A stretch of DNA of 62,903 nucleotides, the filler included, from Octopus bimaculoides (lineage: Eukaryota): the NCBI RefSeq assembly GCF_001194135.2. It is 7 parts of 6 records of this genome, joined end to end, with 100 filler letters (N's around TTAATTAATTAA, not from the genome) between each part and the next. Parts side by side here need not be neighbours in the genome. Positions count along the whole stretch, not along the records: positions 1 to 22,949 come from NC_068982.1; positions 23,050 to 33,929 come from NC_068985.1; 5 more parts are not named here. The stretch is one strand, 5' to 3'. The notes below the pieces were generated by a model. The model was not told the origin of the DNA and did no database searches. It saw only the letters and a list, made by a program, of their open reading frames with translations. The position numbers and the translations under genes were made by a program. Below, piece by piece: positions 12,077 through 26,197 of the stretch (positions within the stretch are counted from its first letter, which is position 1; each line of letters starts with the position of its first letter).

Positions 12077-13156
12077 CGTCTTATATCCAACAATAATTTC
12101 AGTATATATAATCTATGAAATTCTTCCGGTACTTAAGACCATGAAACATTCCCGCATCACAAAATTGCATTTAAAATTATAATATACATATTATATCTTC
12201 GTCCGTTGAAATTAATAACACAATTTCCAGATTCAAAAAGGGTTTTCATACGCTTACAACAGCCTGATCATTTAACATTTTCTTTATAGTTAAATCTTAT
12301 AGATATTGTGAAGTCTATTTTCCCGAAGCACATATCCGATTTACGCCTCACTCCATGTGTTTTTGTTCAGAGTTTATATGTGATTTCATCATTCTCTTTG
12401 TATCTTAATGGACGAACGAAAAATATTCACACATCCATCTACTTTTGTTTAGAATAAAGAGAAGAAATCACGCCTGATTGTTTTTAATAAATTCTGAGAT
12501 TTCATGTAGCTACCGCTTTGGATTGTACTAATTAATCCTTATGTTTAAGGAGCCTAATTAATTATAAGGACCACATCCATCAATTTCATTCTAAGACTTC
12601 GGTTGAAAGGAGGCTATCAATTACTATGATGCTGGCCGCAATTCTTGATCGCAATGTGACTGTACTAAATATGCGCTGATGTCTTGCATGAAATTGGTTT
12701 ACATTATATTGTATTACTAAATTTCGACGCATCAATCTCTTATGGTACTTACAAGACAAAAGATCAAGCCCAATACTCGCTACACACATACATTCGTGAA
12801 TGCATCCTATTATTATATAACATTTTTACCGTATTATAATGTCTTAGCGTTCACATTAACGAAACTATACTAATTGAAGCTAACATTCTATTAACAGAAT
12901 CCGATAGCACGCGCAGGCAATTGGTCAATCCCTTATTGAATGAGTACAAAATCAATACTGCATAAGGTGGTCACTGGAGGATTCCGTATAATATATCAAT
13001 CTACTAGTGTCAAGAATCCTACATTCACACTGATATAGCTAGAGAAGCCAATTACTTCTATTTTCCGCTAGCATAAGAGCATGTACAAAAAGTAAAAAGA
13101 GAAAATATAAATACTGAAGCATATAAGTAATAATCATATCGCAGTATATAATGCAT

Positions 13157-13249
<93 letters not shown>

Positions 13250-13385
13250 TAATAATAATCGGAATATTTAGGAAAGTATTAGATAGCTGAAAAGAACGGT
13301 TAGCATGTTACCGTAGTCTGCAGATAGAAAGCCCGCTACGCATGAAAAACACCAGACGCTCCAACAAAAACGTTAATAAAGAGGA

Positions 13386-13449
<64 letters not shown>

Positions 13450-13494
13450 GTGATAATAATAAGGAAACAAATGAAACAAAAGATCAGAAAGATC

Positions 13495-14350
13495 AGATGA
13501 AGAAAATTTGGCAGGACAAGAAAATGTACAGTCAAATCTTGAAAAATAAAGATGAGATTGATTGCAATAGAACCTGGAAATGGCTGCAGAAAGGAGACAT
13601 AAAACCGTCCACAGAGGCATTAGTGTGCAGCGCTCAAGAACAAGCTCTCAGAACAACCTACACCTAATATTACATTGATAAAAAGTACTGACTCACCACA
13701 GTGTAAGATATACAGTGAGAAGGGAGAAATATAAACTATTGTTAGTGAGTGCTGTAAGCTCGCACAACGCAAATAGAAAAGGAGACACGACAATGTGGTC
13801 AGATATGTCCACTGACTGTTGTGCGGTGAAGCAAACCTCGCGAGGGCCGAAATGGTATAAACACAAGCCAAAGAGTGTAATGGAAAACGAGTATTACAAA
13901 ATACTCTGAGATTTAAACATACAGTCATAGAGGCAAGACGACCAGATTACGTGTTCATTCATAAAAAAAAAATGAAAAAAAAGCAAAGATAATAGCTGTT
14001 GCAATACCAGGCGATTCGAAGGTAAAATGTAAGGAAAGAGAAAAGATTAAGAAATGTCAGCTACTGCTGGACAAGATAGGAATGCTATGGGGCATGGGGA
14101 AAATAATGGTGATACCGGTGGTAATTGGAGCATTAGGAGCAATTTCCAAGGGCTTTGAAAAGCATATTAAGATTATTGGTGCTGTTGTCAAGCTCGAGGT
14201 TATCCAGTAACACCATTGTTATGTACAGCTCGCATTCTAAGGAGAGTATTGTCTCTTTGAGTGACAGAAGAAGGCACTACTTGGAACATTTGGTGATTTG
14301 TTGTTGCTTGCTTTCAGGGTAAGAATAACCGGCAATTAAGAACTGTCCGG
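13495..14350 (+). mobile_element. 3' fragment of an R4/Dong-like (RLE-clade) non-LTR retrotransposon, pseudogenised
   Basis: Frame-broken translation gives TWKWLQKGDIKPSTEALVCSAQEQALRT, a decayed zinc-knuckle region, RRHDNVVRYVH, ARRPD, and the RLE tail IPVVIGALGAISK...TARILRRVLSL*. It is preceded by (TAA)n and followed by (AAC)n. Confidence 0.85.
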
Positions 14351-14409
14351 GAGTTTTCCAGAATAACAACAACAACACCAACAACAAAAACACCACCACA
14401 ACTACCGAC

Positions 14410-14635
14410 AATGACTAATGCAGAATGTGTGATGCGAGAGGTAAAACGGTGTGGCACATCGTTAGCGAGTGTCCGAAATTGGCGCCAACGCGAATACAAA
14501 ACACGCCATGACAACGTGTCAACAATGATCCATTCGGGAGCTCTGTGAAAATCACGGCCTACAAAGAGCATTGACGTGGTTTGAGGAAACCTCAGAGGTT
14601 TTCACTGAGAATGAGAATTGCAATGTCCACAAGAA
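14410..14635 (+). mobile_element. Second R4/Dong-like fragment (zinc knuckle and RHD motif)
   Basis: Translates as CRMCDARGKTVWHIVSECPKLA, then QREYKTRHDNVSTMIH after a frameshift. Confidence 0.75.
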
Positions 14636-14664
14636 GTACTTACTTTAATGACTGACAAGGGAAG

Positions 14665-15148
14665 GAAGCTCTTGGGATTACGAGTTGTTTTAACTCTTAT
14701 TCCTAGAAATACTGGTCCTAAGTAGTGCCCTCAGTGACTTTAGGGACGTATATTTTTCTGCCTTTCGGTTGTAAAATTGCAAACAAACCACCCTTATTAT
14801 TTATAATTTTCAATGTTACCGTTTAGGAATTCAGCGGATAATTTCTATGGTAACGTTATGAACTGAAAAGGCGAGTTCAGTTTAAACCCAGGCGCTAGGT
14901 GAGCATTAATATAATTGTGACATCACTGTGATCTGGCTAAACCTAGAACCTGAGGTGGTTTGGTTCCCTTGTCAGTCATTAAGATAAGTTCTTCCAGCTA
15001 TGAGTTCTTTTAGATCTTATTTCTAGCAATACTAGTCCGGACTCGTGACCTCAGTCAATTCAGTGACGTATATACTTCTGCCTTTCGGTTGTAAAATTGC
15101 AAGCAAGCCACCTTATTATTTATAATTTTCACTTTCCGATTAGGAAAA
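14665..15148. repeat. Diverged direct repeat, two copies of about 170 bp (about 14680-14860 and 14995-15148)
   Basis: Shared core gacgtatat(ttt/ac)tctgcctttcggttgtaaaattgcaa(a/g)caa(a/g)ccacc(c)ttattatttataattttca in both copies. Confidence 0.75.
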
Positions 15149-15155
15149 AATCAGC

Positions 15156-15200
<45 letters not shown>

Positions 15201-15205
15201 GATAG

Positions 15206-15237
<32 letters not shown>

Positions 15238-16020
15238 GAAATCAATGTATTATTTGGAATGGTGCTTAATGATCTTGATTAATAGTTCCGTAGCCTCCAG
15301 TGTCTACTTGCTTAGCGGCGTACACTGTCAGAATAATAATAAATATTCAGCTATTCCTATAATTAATTAATGTCATCGAAACTTATTTAGTGATATGAGA
15401 TATTCCGAAACTCCAATCACTCTAACAACATTAGTTGCATGTGTCAGGCTGTGAAGATATTATAAATGAAGGTGAATAACGACAATTCAATACATACTTG
15501 AAGTATCTCAATAGCATGGAAATTTATTTGCAATTAATATATTACATCATTGTTATTATACAAGCAAAAATTGTCACCCGTTTCGCCAAGCGTGTTCGAT
15601 CCAACGGAAAGTGAATGCCACCTGAAAAGGTAGATAGGATTTCAGAAATATTTATTAGCTATACATCGTTACGGCATCAATCGTAGAAAGTGGTTGAAAT
15701 AGAATCTTAGCCAATCAGACACCGTCATCTTAGTAGCAACAATTCTTTCGAAAAAGTGAGAGTGATTAACTTATATTGGGTATCATAACATAGAAGTTCG
15801 ATAATTCATGTTTCTGGCACAAGTGATTTATGAATTACCTGAAAACAAGTCAACCTGTCTCTCGTCAAAAGTATCCTCTAACCCCAATTGATCATTAAAA
15901 AAAAAATAAGGTAAAAACCATTTACCGGTGCAGAACATGGTCAAAAATTGCAATATAATACAAATACAGACACAAAAATATAATTTATTACTACTACTAC
16001 TACTACTACAACTACTACTG

Positions 16021-16105
<85 letters not shown>

Positions 16106-16140
16106 TAATAATAATAATAATAATAATAACACTACTCTAG

Positions 16141-16410
16141 TTTTTCCTATATTGTTGAGATGAGGAATAATGTACATTATTTACAATGGACGGATAGGTG
16201 TCCTCACCTTGTTTGTTGTTACCTCAACGTTTCGGCTGACGTACTCTCCAGCATTCATCAGGCGTTCTAGTAAGATTTCGAACACAACCATTTATTTGCC
16301 TAATCAGGTACCTTGTACTCATTCCTAAGGTATTATTTTTCACTGATGCTATTTTTTCTGCTGATATTATGTCCCAAGTCCCTGCCTGGATCTTATAAAC
16401 CCACTACTTT
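16141..16410 (-). mobile_element. Family H element copy 2, intact hammerhead core, deleted tRNA head
   Basis: The minus strand reads CTGATGA (16261-16255)-a-tgctg..cagcc-GAAAC (16233-16229)-GTT. It shares the upstream aaaaataccttaggaat and downstream aacaaacaag(a/g)tgag..ca..tatccgtc..tgtaaataatgt with copy 1. Confidence 0.65.
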
Positions 16411-16487
16411 TTTATAAAATTGTGGAGGCTTATAAACTGCACTAGGTTTTCTTAGGAGGTTATTGTGTCCTAGTATATGCGCTGCCT

Positions 16488-16720
16488 CCTTTAGTGTTGG
16501 TGTTAAATACAAGCAATACTAAACAACTTCTCAACTTTATGAAAACCATCAAGCGCATGCCATACTTGGACATACTAGCCCCTATTGAGGAGGTATCCAT
16601 AAAGATACCAAAAGCCCACAGAGGTGCACTAAGGTGGAAATTGAGACACGTACTAGAAAAAACGAAAATTCCAAACGAAACATGACGAAGCAAATTGTTT
16701 CAGGGACAAAACAACAAAAA
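16488..16720 (+). mobile_element. Penelope-like element ORF N-terminal fragment
   Basis: NFMKTIKRMPYLDILAPIEEVSIKIPKAHRGALRWKLRHVLEKTK resembles the PLE pre-RT region (NFxxTPxxIPxxDIIxxIE...LRxxxxxxL). Confidence 0.55.
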
Positions 16721-16744
16721 AAAAAAATTAAGACGAAGTATATA

Positions 16745-17205
16745 TTTTTTTCTACTCTGGGTACAAAGCCCGACATTTTGGGGGATGTGGGCCAGTCGAT
16801 TAGATCAACCATAGTACGCAACTGGTAGTTAATTTATGACCAGGAAAGGATGAAAGGCTAAATCGACCTCGGCGGAATTTGAAGTCAGAAAATAAAGACA
16901 AGACGAAATCCCACTAAGCATTTCGCCCGGCAGGCTAACGTTTCTGCCAGCTCTCCGCCTGATAAAGTAATAATACAAACAATCATTTTCGACTAAAGGC
17001 ACAAGGCCTGAAATTTGGCGGGAAGGTTCTAGTCGATCACATCGACCCCAGTGTTTTCCATGTAGTGAATTTATCGACCTAGAAGGGATGAAAGGCAGAG
17101 TCGACGTCGGCGGAATTTGTTCTCAGAACGTTCACACGGTCAAAACACCGCTAAGCATTTCGCCCAACGTGCTAACATTTGTTCCAGCTCACCGCATTGA
17201 CTTGA
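16745..17205 (-). mobile_element. Two tandem SINE family B copies
   Basis: Both show the reverse-complement core gatgaaaggc..agtcgacctcggcggaatttgaa..cagaa and the head ctaagcatttcgccc..cgtgctaac. Confidence 0.8.
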
Positions 17206-18030
17206 GCACGAAGTATATATTAGCAAAGAAAATGAAAAGAAATCAGTAACAAGTAAAAAAAGGACTTTAAATAAATGTATAGTAAAATTATATATAAAGG
17301 GATCATTGATGAAAAATAAACTATTGAAAAGTCATTTTAGCAAAAATACTTCTAATAAAAATAATGATAAGAGTAAAATATTTCATCAATAAAATATATA
17401 TAATACAGATGGAAATGCTAGAAGAGTTTAAAATAAATATCACGCGCCACTCTTTAGAACTATTCATGCAAAAAAAAAAATATTGTGGCTGGTTTGGAGC
17501 TATCAGTAATCTGTATGGTACCACATACACACTTCTGAAGCTACAAAATATGAGTCCCTGCTACAGACCTCAGAAACAATTTCATATCTGCATTCAGGAA
17601 ATTATATCTTATATATATATAAATTCAGGAAATTATATTTTATAAATATATAAATCATAGAATCATTTTTGAAGTATTAAATGCTTTGAAAATGTATATC
17701 CAAATGTAAATTTGTTAAAGAGATAACAAAATTAATTCAGAAGTAGACTTGAAATATGTTACAATAAACAAGCAATTATCTCTATGTCATCAGATGCATT
17801 TTATGATAACAAAACGACATTTGTAAAATATATACTGCAACTACAATTACCTATTCTCTGATAAACGGAATTACAGATGTAAAACCTAGAGCAAATTAAC
17901 TGATTTTTCAATAAAAGAGAAAAATCGCATTACATATCTGCAAGATCGACAAATAGTCACACGTACGCATGCATGTATGTATGTATGTATGTATGTATGT
18001 TTGTATGTATGCATGCATGTATGTAAGTAC

Positions 18031-18100
<70 letters not shown>

Positions 18101-18128
18101 ATGTGTGTGTGTCTATTCATATATATAC

Positions 18129-18167
<39 letters not shown>

Positions 18168-18562
18168 NNNNNNNNNNNNNNNNNNNNNNNNNNNNNNNNN
18201 NNNNNNNNNNNNNNNNNNNNNNNNNNNNNNNNNNNNNNNNNNNNNNNNNNNNNNNNNNNNNNNNNNNNNNNNNNNNNNNNNNNNNNNNNNNNNNNNNNNN
18301 NNNNNNNNNNNNNNNNNNNNNNNNNNNNNNNNNNNNNNNNNNNNNNNNNNNNNNNNNNNNNNNNNNNNNNNNNNNNNNNNNNNNNNNNNNNNNNNNNNNN
18401 NNNNNNNNNNNNNNNNNNNNNNNNNNNNNNNNNNNNNNNNNNNNNNNNNNNNNNNNNNNNNNNNNNNNNNNNNNNNNNNNNNNNNNNNNNNNNNNNNNNN
18501 NNNNNNNNNNNNNNNNNNNNNNNNNNNNNNNNNNNNNNNNNNNNNNNNNNNNNNNNNNNNNN

Positions 18563-18645
<83 letters not shown>

Positions 18646-18671
18646 GTGTGTGTGTGTGTGTGTCTCCGTGT

Positions 18672-18976
18672 GTGTGGTTTTCCACCAATCCTCCTCAAAT
18701 CGTGTAAGCGTGCCCTGGCGAAACCTCTACAGATTCTCTTCTAGAGCTTTCTTGCAAATGGCAGGCTCCTAAGCAAACTAACAGGAGGGAATAATATGCC
18801 CAGTCCATAAGGGGGGAAGAAGAGCAGATGCCAAAAATTATAAGCTTATCTCTCTGACTTCACACATCAGCAAAGTCATGGAATGACTAATCAGAGGGGA
18901 AACTAGTTGTATTCCTTGAAGAAAATGACTTGCTGAGTGATACCCAGCATGGTTTTCGACCAGGTAGGAGCTGCTG
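18672..18976 (+). mobile_element. CR1/L2-like LINE reverse transcriptase fragment
   Basis: Broken frames give GFPPILLKSCKRALAKPLQILF, ICPVHKGG, ADAKNYKLISLTSHISKVME and LLSDTQHGFRPGRSC, the conserved N-terminal RT motifs. Confidence 0.85.
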
Positions 18977-19965
18977 TACTGTAACACCGCTTTTAGCTTC
19001 CTGTGCGTTAATAGTAATTCATGAGTATTATATTGTTTTTGTACACCTTATATGTTAAATGCAAAATATATTTTTCTTAGAATCACTGGAAATTATAGCC
19101 TGAATTATTCAATTTCTAAATAACACCAATGTTATTCATCAAATCTTTATTTACATTTTCCTAATATAATTTTCTCCCGAATAGTTAGAGCCGTTCGTTT
19201 ACCACCTACATCGCGTAGATATTTATAAGTGTAAATGTGAATATAAATATAACATAATATGTGTAATAAGTACATGTGGATTTCTTTTCAACCAGATTTG
19301 ATGCTTTAGTAGCATTTTAACGTTCAATACTAGTTAAATTTTAAACGATAAATTTCTAAGCACATGAATTATGTGTTTTTTAAAGTAAATCTGTTTACGT
19401 TTGAATATATCTACACAATGTCCTCAACTTAGTCAAATGGTAACTCAACACTAAAATACACTTATATTTCATGAAGAGATCTAACAATATACAGATTATT
19501 ACATCTTTTAAAGTTGTGATTATTTATGATTCTTAAATATTGTTATATCGAAACATATACATGTATGTAGGATATCTGTGGTTTGGATATTTTTGGGTTG
19601 TTTTGTCGGTTGAGGCGGTTTCTTTAATACACTTATAGGTATATCATTTCATCTTTGAATTACTTTTCCAATTGTAATACAAATAAAATAAACCAAGCAT
19701 CTTTTTTATTTTTCTTCTCCAATTTCATTCACTGACGTTTTAATTTTATGACACTGTTTATACATATATATATTGATGACTTTCCTATCAATATATTTGG
19801 TGAAACCCAGTTGGCATCAGAATTGTTTTTAACCATCCCGTACGTTGATATTGCTTCCTCAAATTCTGTATATATATATNNNNNNNNNNNNNNNNNNNNN
19901 NNNNNNNNNNNNNNNNNNNNNNNNNNNNNNNNNNNNNNNNNNNNNNNNNNNNNNNNNNNNNNNNN

Positions 19966-19999
<34 letters not shown>

Positions 20000-20079
20000 C
20001 GAGAGAGAGAGAGAGAGACCGGTTCTTTCTCGTATCCGAGATTTTATTTTCTCCTTTGCTGAATGCTTCCTTTATGGCG

Positions 20080-20620
20080 GGGAATATGATAACTCTGTAG
20101 ACAGATTCTTGTATAAAAAAGTCGATGGCGCTGACTGCACGTTAATGTCGGTGGCGGAGAAGTTTGACTTTGTGGAGCTTTTCTGTCCTGCCCGTTGATT
20201 TCTTCCTTTTCTCCTCTGGTGGCTTCAAAGTTTCTTTGCTCCGACTTTGATGGAACATTGTAACTTTTTACTGTGCTTCTAACGATTTATGCTCATTTAC
20301 AGTGGCAACATTGGCATGGGAGCCTTGATTCTTCTGTTCTTACTACACATCCTGACCATTGAAGACAGTGTTTCACGATCAGCGATTCGATATGTTAAAT
20401 GTTGGCTCTGCTCAGGACTTTATTGTTGGTCACATAGTGTTCCCATTTGACGCTCAAATTTGAACGGAGCTTTGGTTGGTGAAGTGTTATAATTTTTTGA
20501 TGTCTTGAAGATATAGAGTCCAGGTTGTGCAGCCATATATTAGTTGTACTAGGGACGTACACACACTTGCACAAATGTGCAATTCGTCGTGTCTCTTACA
20601 GAAGGTGTTTTAGAATTAAT
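20080..20620 (-). mobile_element. RTE-clade LINE 3' ORF remnant
   Basis: The minus strand gives LIYGCTTWTL, HQPKLRSNLSVKWEHYVTNNKVLSRANI and ESLIVKHCLQWSGCVVRTEESRLP, typical of the RTE C-terminus. Confidence 0.75.
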
Positions 20621-21521
20621 ATGATGAAGCCACATATAACGTTTCAGTACACCTCATGTTGCAGGTTCTTTTCCACACCCTCTGTAATTGGAAATAACTG
20701 ACAATGCTTTATTAATAATTTATCTTTGCCGGTGGCATTACGGATGATATCTAACGTCTGCCTAACTTAGCAGACATCAACCACAATCGTTGCATATCAA
20801 TTCGTTCTGTTCATCAACATACCCAGTCAAGTGGAGATTAAGGCCATTACAAACATCTCTCATGCTCCATACCATTAAACTCGAATTCCCTCCTTCAGTT
20901 ACGCACATTCTTTCCCCAACGATGAACAATCAAGAATAAGACTTTCCTCACATACACATGCACAAAAACACATGTGCTTCTAGTATGCAAGAAAGTTTAA
21001 TGTAGTCGACATGACACATTCCATTTTCATAACTGATTTTACTATTGAATATGAACAGACAATGCGATTCATGTAAACAAACAAGATATATCTTCTGCAC
21101 ACTTTGACTGAATTTTGGTAGGAAAACCTCTCGGATTCAGTATTAATGCTACATTGTGTCAAATCAATATTTTTATTACACTATCTTACCTGATTTAGCC
21201 ATAGTTTGTAAACAACTCAGTTATGGATGGAGTCGACGTATTTGTACAAAGCTCTTCACACGTGTCACATCTTGATAGGTTAAGTATTTCAATTGAGAGA
21301 AAATTAACTATTGTACGTTCGCAATGAAATTTGCAAGACTACGTTATGGCTTTGGTCCAGTAGGAGAGGCGTTGAATATGTCTTCCAGCAAATCGACTGC
21401 TGGAGGAAATGCGAAGATGACATGATAGAATAACGCAGATTAATATTTGTAGCGATCACTTGTCGTCTGCTATAGTGGACACAATACGGGTATGAGATTT
21501 AGAGAGACGGTAGAAATGTAG

Positions 21522-21682
21522 TAAATGAAGGAAATAACCTAGTAACTTACAATGAAAAACATTAGGAGAGCAAGGCTCAGGCCCTCATTATTTAAATAAA
21601 TGTAGAATATGAAGGAAATAACTGAGTAACTTACAATGAAAAAATTTAGAAGAGCAAGGGTCAACCCCTCTTTATTTAAATA
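21522..21682. repeat. Diverged two-copy tandem duplication, unit about 85 bp
   Basis: atgaaggaaataac..agtaacttacaatgaaaaa.att.ga.gagcaagg.tca..ccctc.ttatttaaata occurs twice in tandem. Confidence 0.75.
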
Positions 21683-22413
21683 TTTGTGGGCGTCCGATGC
21701 GTGCATCATTGAAGATGTATTGTCTACACATACTAACGTATTCTCTCTCCAACTTTCTCCTCCCCTGTTTCTTACTTTGTGTCTCTCCAGTACACACACA
21801 CACACACATGCATACATATATTCGCATATAGAAAGAAGCAGGTACAGATTCACAGATACATTTATAGATAGCCATGAAATAACAAGACCAAAAAAAAAAA
21901 ATCAAAGATAAAACTAGTGTACAAACACTTTTACATTCTGCACCATTGAACTTTGTAAGTTTCCACAGTGTATATATACATTCTCTGTTGCTACGAAATA
22001 TCTACGAAATATATATCGAGATAGATACATTCAATTGTGAAAATAGGGGTCTCAGTAAGCATCGCAATATTCAAAGTCACGTATGTCCATTTAATTAAAT
22101 AATTTGTATGTTTTCGATATTCCTGGCAATCCATTCACTGCAACAGATATTACAAATGTTTTCGAGATGCTGTATATAATTAATGAATATAAAATATACT
22201 AATACATAACTGTATGGTAATTTTCCAGTAATGTTATTCGGCAGACTTCATCACATTATGACTTATTCTAGCAATTAACATATATATTAAAACACTTAGT
22301 GAGAAAGCATTTATTCATCTGATTAGACCTATAACCAATGAGCTATAAATACACTGAATTTGCAATAATTCGACTATCGGACGAAAATGAGAGAGAAAGA
22401 AAGAGAGAATAGA

Positions 22414-22477
<64 letters not shown>

Positions 22478-22915
22478 GAGAGAGACAGACAGAGACAGAG
22501 CCAAAGACAGAAAGAGACAGGCATAAGTAGAGAAAGAGAGAGAGAGAGAGGGGCTGAAAAATAAAGAGACAGGCAGACAGACACACAGATAGAGAGACAA
22601 AAAGAGACGGACAGACAGAAAGACATAAAATGCGTCGCCATTTACATGACATAAGTAAAAACCTTTCTAATACTGAATTACGAATATTTATTTAGGATTA
22701 CGTGACCTCAAAGCAAAGTAGAACACACACTGAATTGTACATCACGCATTAAAGAATGTTGAAAAACCTGCAAGTCAACAATTTGTTACTGGAAATTGCT
22801 ACGTCCATATAAATATATATATATATATATATGCGTGCATGTATGCATGTGTGTGTGTGTGTGTGCGCGATTGTGTGTATGTGTGTGTATACATATATTA
22901 TAATGCATGCATAAC

Positions 22916-22949
<34 letters not shown>

Positions 22950-23049
22950 NNNNNNNNNNNNNNNNNNNNNNNNNNNNNNNNNNNNNNNNNNNNTTAATTA
23001 ATTAANNNNNNNNNNNNNNNNNNNNNNNNNNNNNNNNNNNNNNNNNNNN

Positions 23050-23085
<36 letters not shown>

Positions 23086-24467
23086 GGCTTCTTATAGTTT
23101 CCGTCTACCAAATCTGCTTGCAAGTCTTTGGTCGGCCCAAAAGTCGACTAAATGCAGAAAGAATGGTCGTGAGGCTACAGCTATAAGAAACAAGTATCTT
23201 TTGGCATTAGTTAGAACTAAGAAGGAACGAGGGAAGAGGAGAAATTGTCGTTAATACTCCGGAAGGCTTTTAAAATTCTCCGCTAATATTTAATTAAATT
23301 CTTTGGATTAGAGAAAAAATGGCAATTGCGTTAATTACAGATCACTTATTAAGAGCTTAATGAATTGTGGTGGGTTTCTTAGTATGAATGGATTTTGTAT
23401 TACACATAAATGTAACGAAACCTTCTTGAATCATTACCATATTCTGTTGATTTCTGCATGAAAATTATTGCGTGAAAAGGCGATGAGACGAAGAAAAAAT
23501 AAAGGAGGCGAAACAAGTGATCGTTTTAAATTTGTGAAGTGGGTGTAAAAAGTATTGCATACTTTAATTCGTATTTGGAAAATATTCCACGAAACATTCT
23601 TAATTAGAAGTAATCCGCACAGATTAATAGATCCAAGATATTGAAGTTGGAGTCATTCAACAAGAAAGAAAATATATAATCAAAATTAACTCTGCTAAGT
23701 CAGCAGAATTAAAACGTGCCGCATAGCTCGACAAACACACACACATACATACAAACATATAGATAGATAGATAGAGGAGCTAATTTTATAAATTCGTTAA
23801 ACCGAAAAGCAATTTCGTTAAACCGAATAAAAATGCAGCTGGAATTGCTCAGGTGACACCGAGGCGAAAAGTGTTTTTGTACCATTCGATGTTCTGTTGT
23901 TTTAATATATATTTATATTCGATTTATGATAATTTGGGAATGATATAAAGCTGTTTTGACCGATTGGAGCGTTTATTCATTATACCTTTCAATTTATTAT
24001 ATACATATATATATATATATAACGGAAATGAGGAGAGAGAGAGATATCTGTTATACATACAAAAACGTATATGCACATGCAAGCACGCTCACACACACCG
24101 CACACATATATGCATAAATATAAATGTATGTTTCCATGCACATATGTATGTGTATGCATACGTGTGTGTACGTATATGTGTGTATGTGTTTGTGTAGGGG
24201 GTACAATATTATATGCAGACTACAATTACGTTCCAGATTAATGTTTTCTCATACCGTTTTTTTTTTTGTTTTAATTTGTTCGTATTTCCTTATAATATCC
24301 TTTCGGTTTGTTTGGAACAATAAATTTCCTGGATTCATTTTTATCGTTGCTTTCTGAAAATCATCAAAAATATATATAAATGGCGTTAGCTCCTGTACTA
24401 TGTGTATGTGCGTGTGTGCGTGTGTGTGTACAGACAGACAGATAGGTAGATAAATAGATAGACAGAC

Positions 24468-24514
<47 letters not shown>

Positions 24515-26197
24515 ATTACCAACTTATTTTCTACAAGGATTTGACCATTAGAAGTCTACTTAATCGGCCAGTTTCAGGTGTTAGAGGTATGTTATTAGTC
24601 ATGCGCTTATAATGTACCTTACGACTGCGTATTCTTTTGAGCTTTTCATTCATAATGTGTTTAACACATCTCCGTATTATCAATACTATATTGCACACGG
24701 ATAATGTTTCCTTGATTCACACGTGTAGAAACACTTCTAAAAGTAATAAAGCTGTCAATCCATAATTTGGTCAGACGATCGTTTTTTATGGCTCTGTTGA
24801 TCAGAATTTGATTTATAAAGGTATATGAATATTTGCATGAATCTATTAGACAATTTAAAAGAGAAAGAATAAGATAGTGTGGGTTTTGAGGAGGATATAA
24901 GAATCGAGTTCAGCGGAACTGTAAATGAAAGACAGTTGCTGTTAAATATAGTTTCTTAATTTCTTGGCGCCTTCGTTCTAATAAAGGAAAAATATTAAAG
25001 AATTCCGAATACAACGTAGCAAATAGGAAATGAATTAAGCATGGTTTAGACAGAAACGGAAAGAAAGAAATGCATACGCCATGAATATGTGTGTGCATGC
25101 ATGAGTGCCAATGTGCTTGTATGTATGTTAGAGAGCGTGTGAGATGTAAAAAAAAAGAAAGAAAGAACAAAATGAGTGAGGTTAAAATAAACAATCCGAC
25201 ATTAAATACGAATTAAACCTCAAAAATAAAGAAAATGAATATTTTTTCAAATATTTATTGATCCATAATCATTATTTTCCAAGGACACAACCATTTATTG
25301 ATATGATATTAGCACACACCTTTACAAATCTTCGTAACCTATGTGCGATTATCTGTGATTTGCGTTATCTTAAACTCGTGCTTATAATTAACGATATACT
25401 GTTATTAACTTCATAAAATAGTAGCAAACATCAAAGATTTTTCCTTAATAGACATTATGAAACTGTGAAAATATTGACGAAAATATGAAAAAAAAGGGGG
25501 GAAAAAATTACTGTTTATTGTGAATACATATTGTTTAGTAAATTCAAAGGAACAGCATTCTTGAGGTTGTAAATTTGTAAGTTATTCAAAAGATAGTCTT
25601 GTTTACATCACAATGTTGTTTATAGTTATTAAAATATCAGAACCTTGTTTTTTACGTTATAAAATCATGTGATATATAAGAGGAGCTGTTATTAACTATA
25701 CAAACATTGTAGGGGGTACAATGTATTAACGATTTCAAAGTAACATACTTGCAAGAGATAATCTGTAGTATTTAAATGTCATTCATTTTCAAGAAATAAT
25801 TATTAATTTAGTTTCTTTTGAATTATGGAAGAAATGTTTTCTCAATAAAAAAGGAAGAAATATTAAACTCATCAAATATGAAGTGACATGATAAGAAAAA
25901 TTAAACTGAAAAGCAACACAAAACTTTAGGAATATGTGACAATGACACTGATGTCACACTTAGACTATTAAAATTTGAGAATATTTAGGCATTAGCCAAG
26001 ACTGTGCAATAGTGCTTATGATTGAATAACGTCACATAAACGTACGCAGGTTCACAAATAGAGAAGCACAAACACACATATATTTCGAGAGACAGACTTA
26101 CATTCAGGATTATAAATTCGTACATCTGCATATGAATATATTCGCATAATTACACAAAAGCGCATGCGTATGTATTTTTCTATCTATTTATTTATCT

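Noticed and set aside
21539-21853. ORF containing YLNKEGLTLALLNFFI before gtaagt, superficially like a GRL exon 3
   Set aside because: It is part of an 85-bp tandem duplication with no usable acceptor and no associated large TM exon.
22994-23005. TTAATTAATTAA islands centred in 100-bp N gaps (also 33974, 38164, 44492, 49289 and 61223)
   Set aside because: The same 44N+12+44N layout occurs each time, and the 12-mer stops all six frames. It is an assembly placeholder, not biology. These gaps are probably of unknown size.
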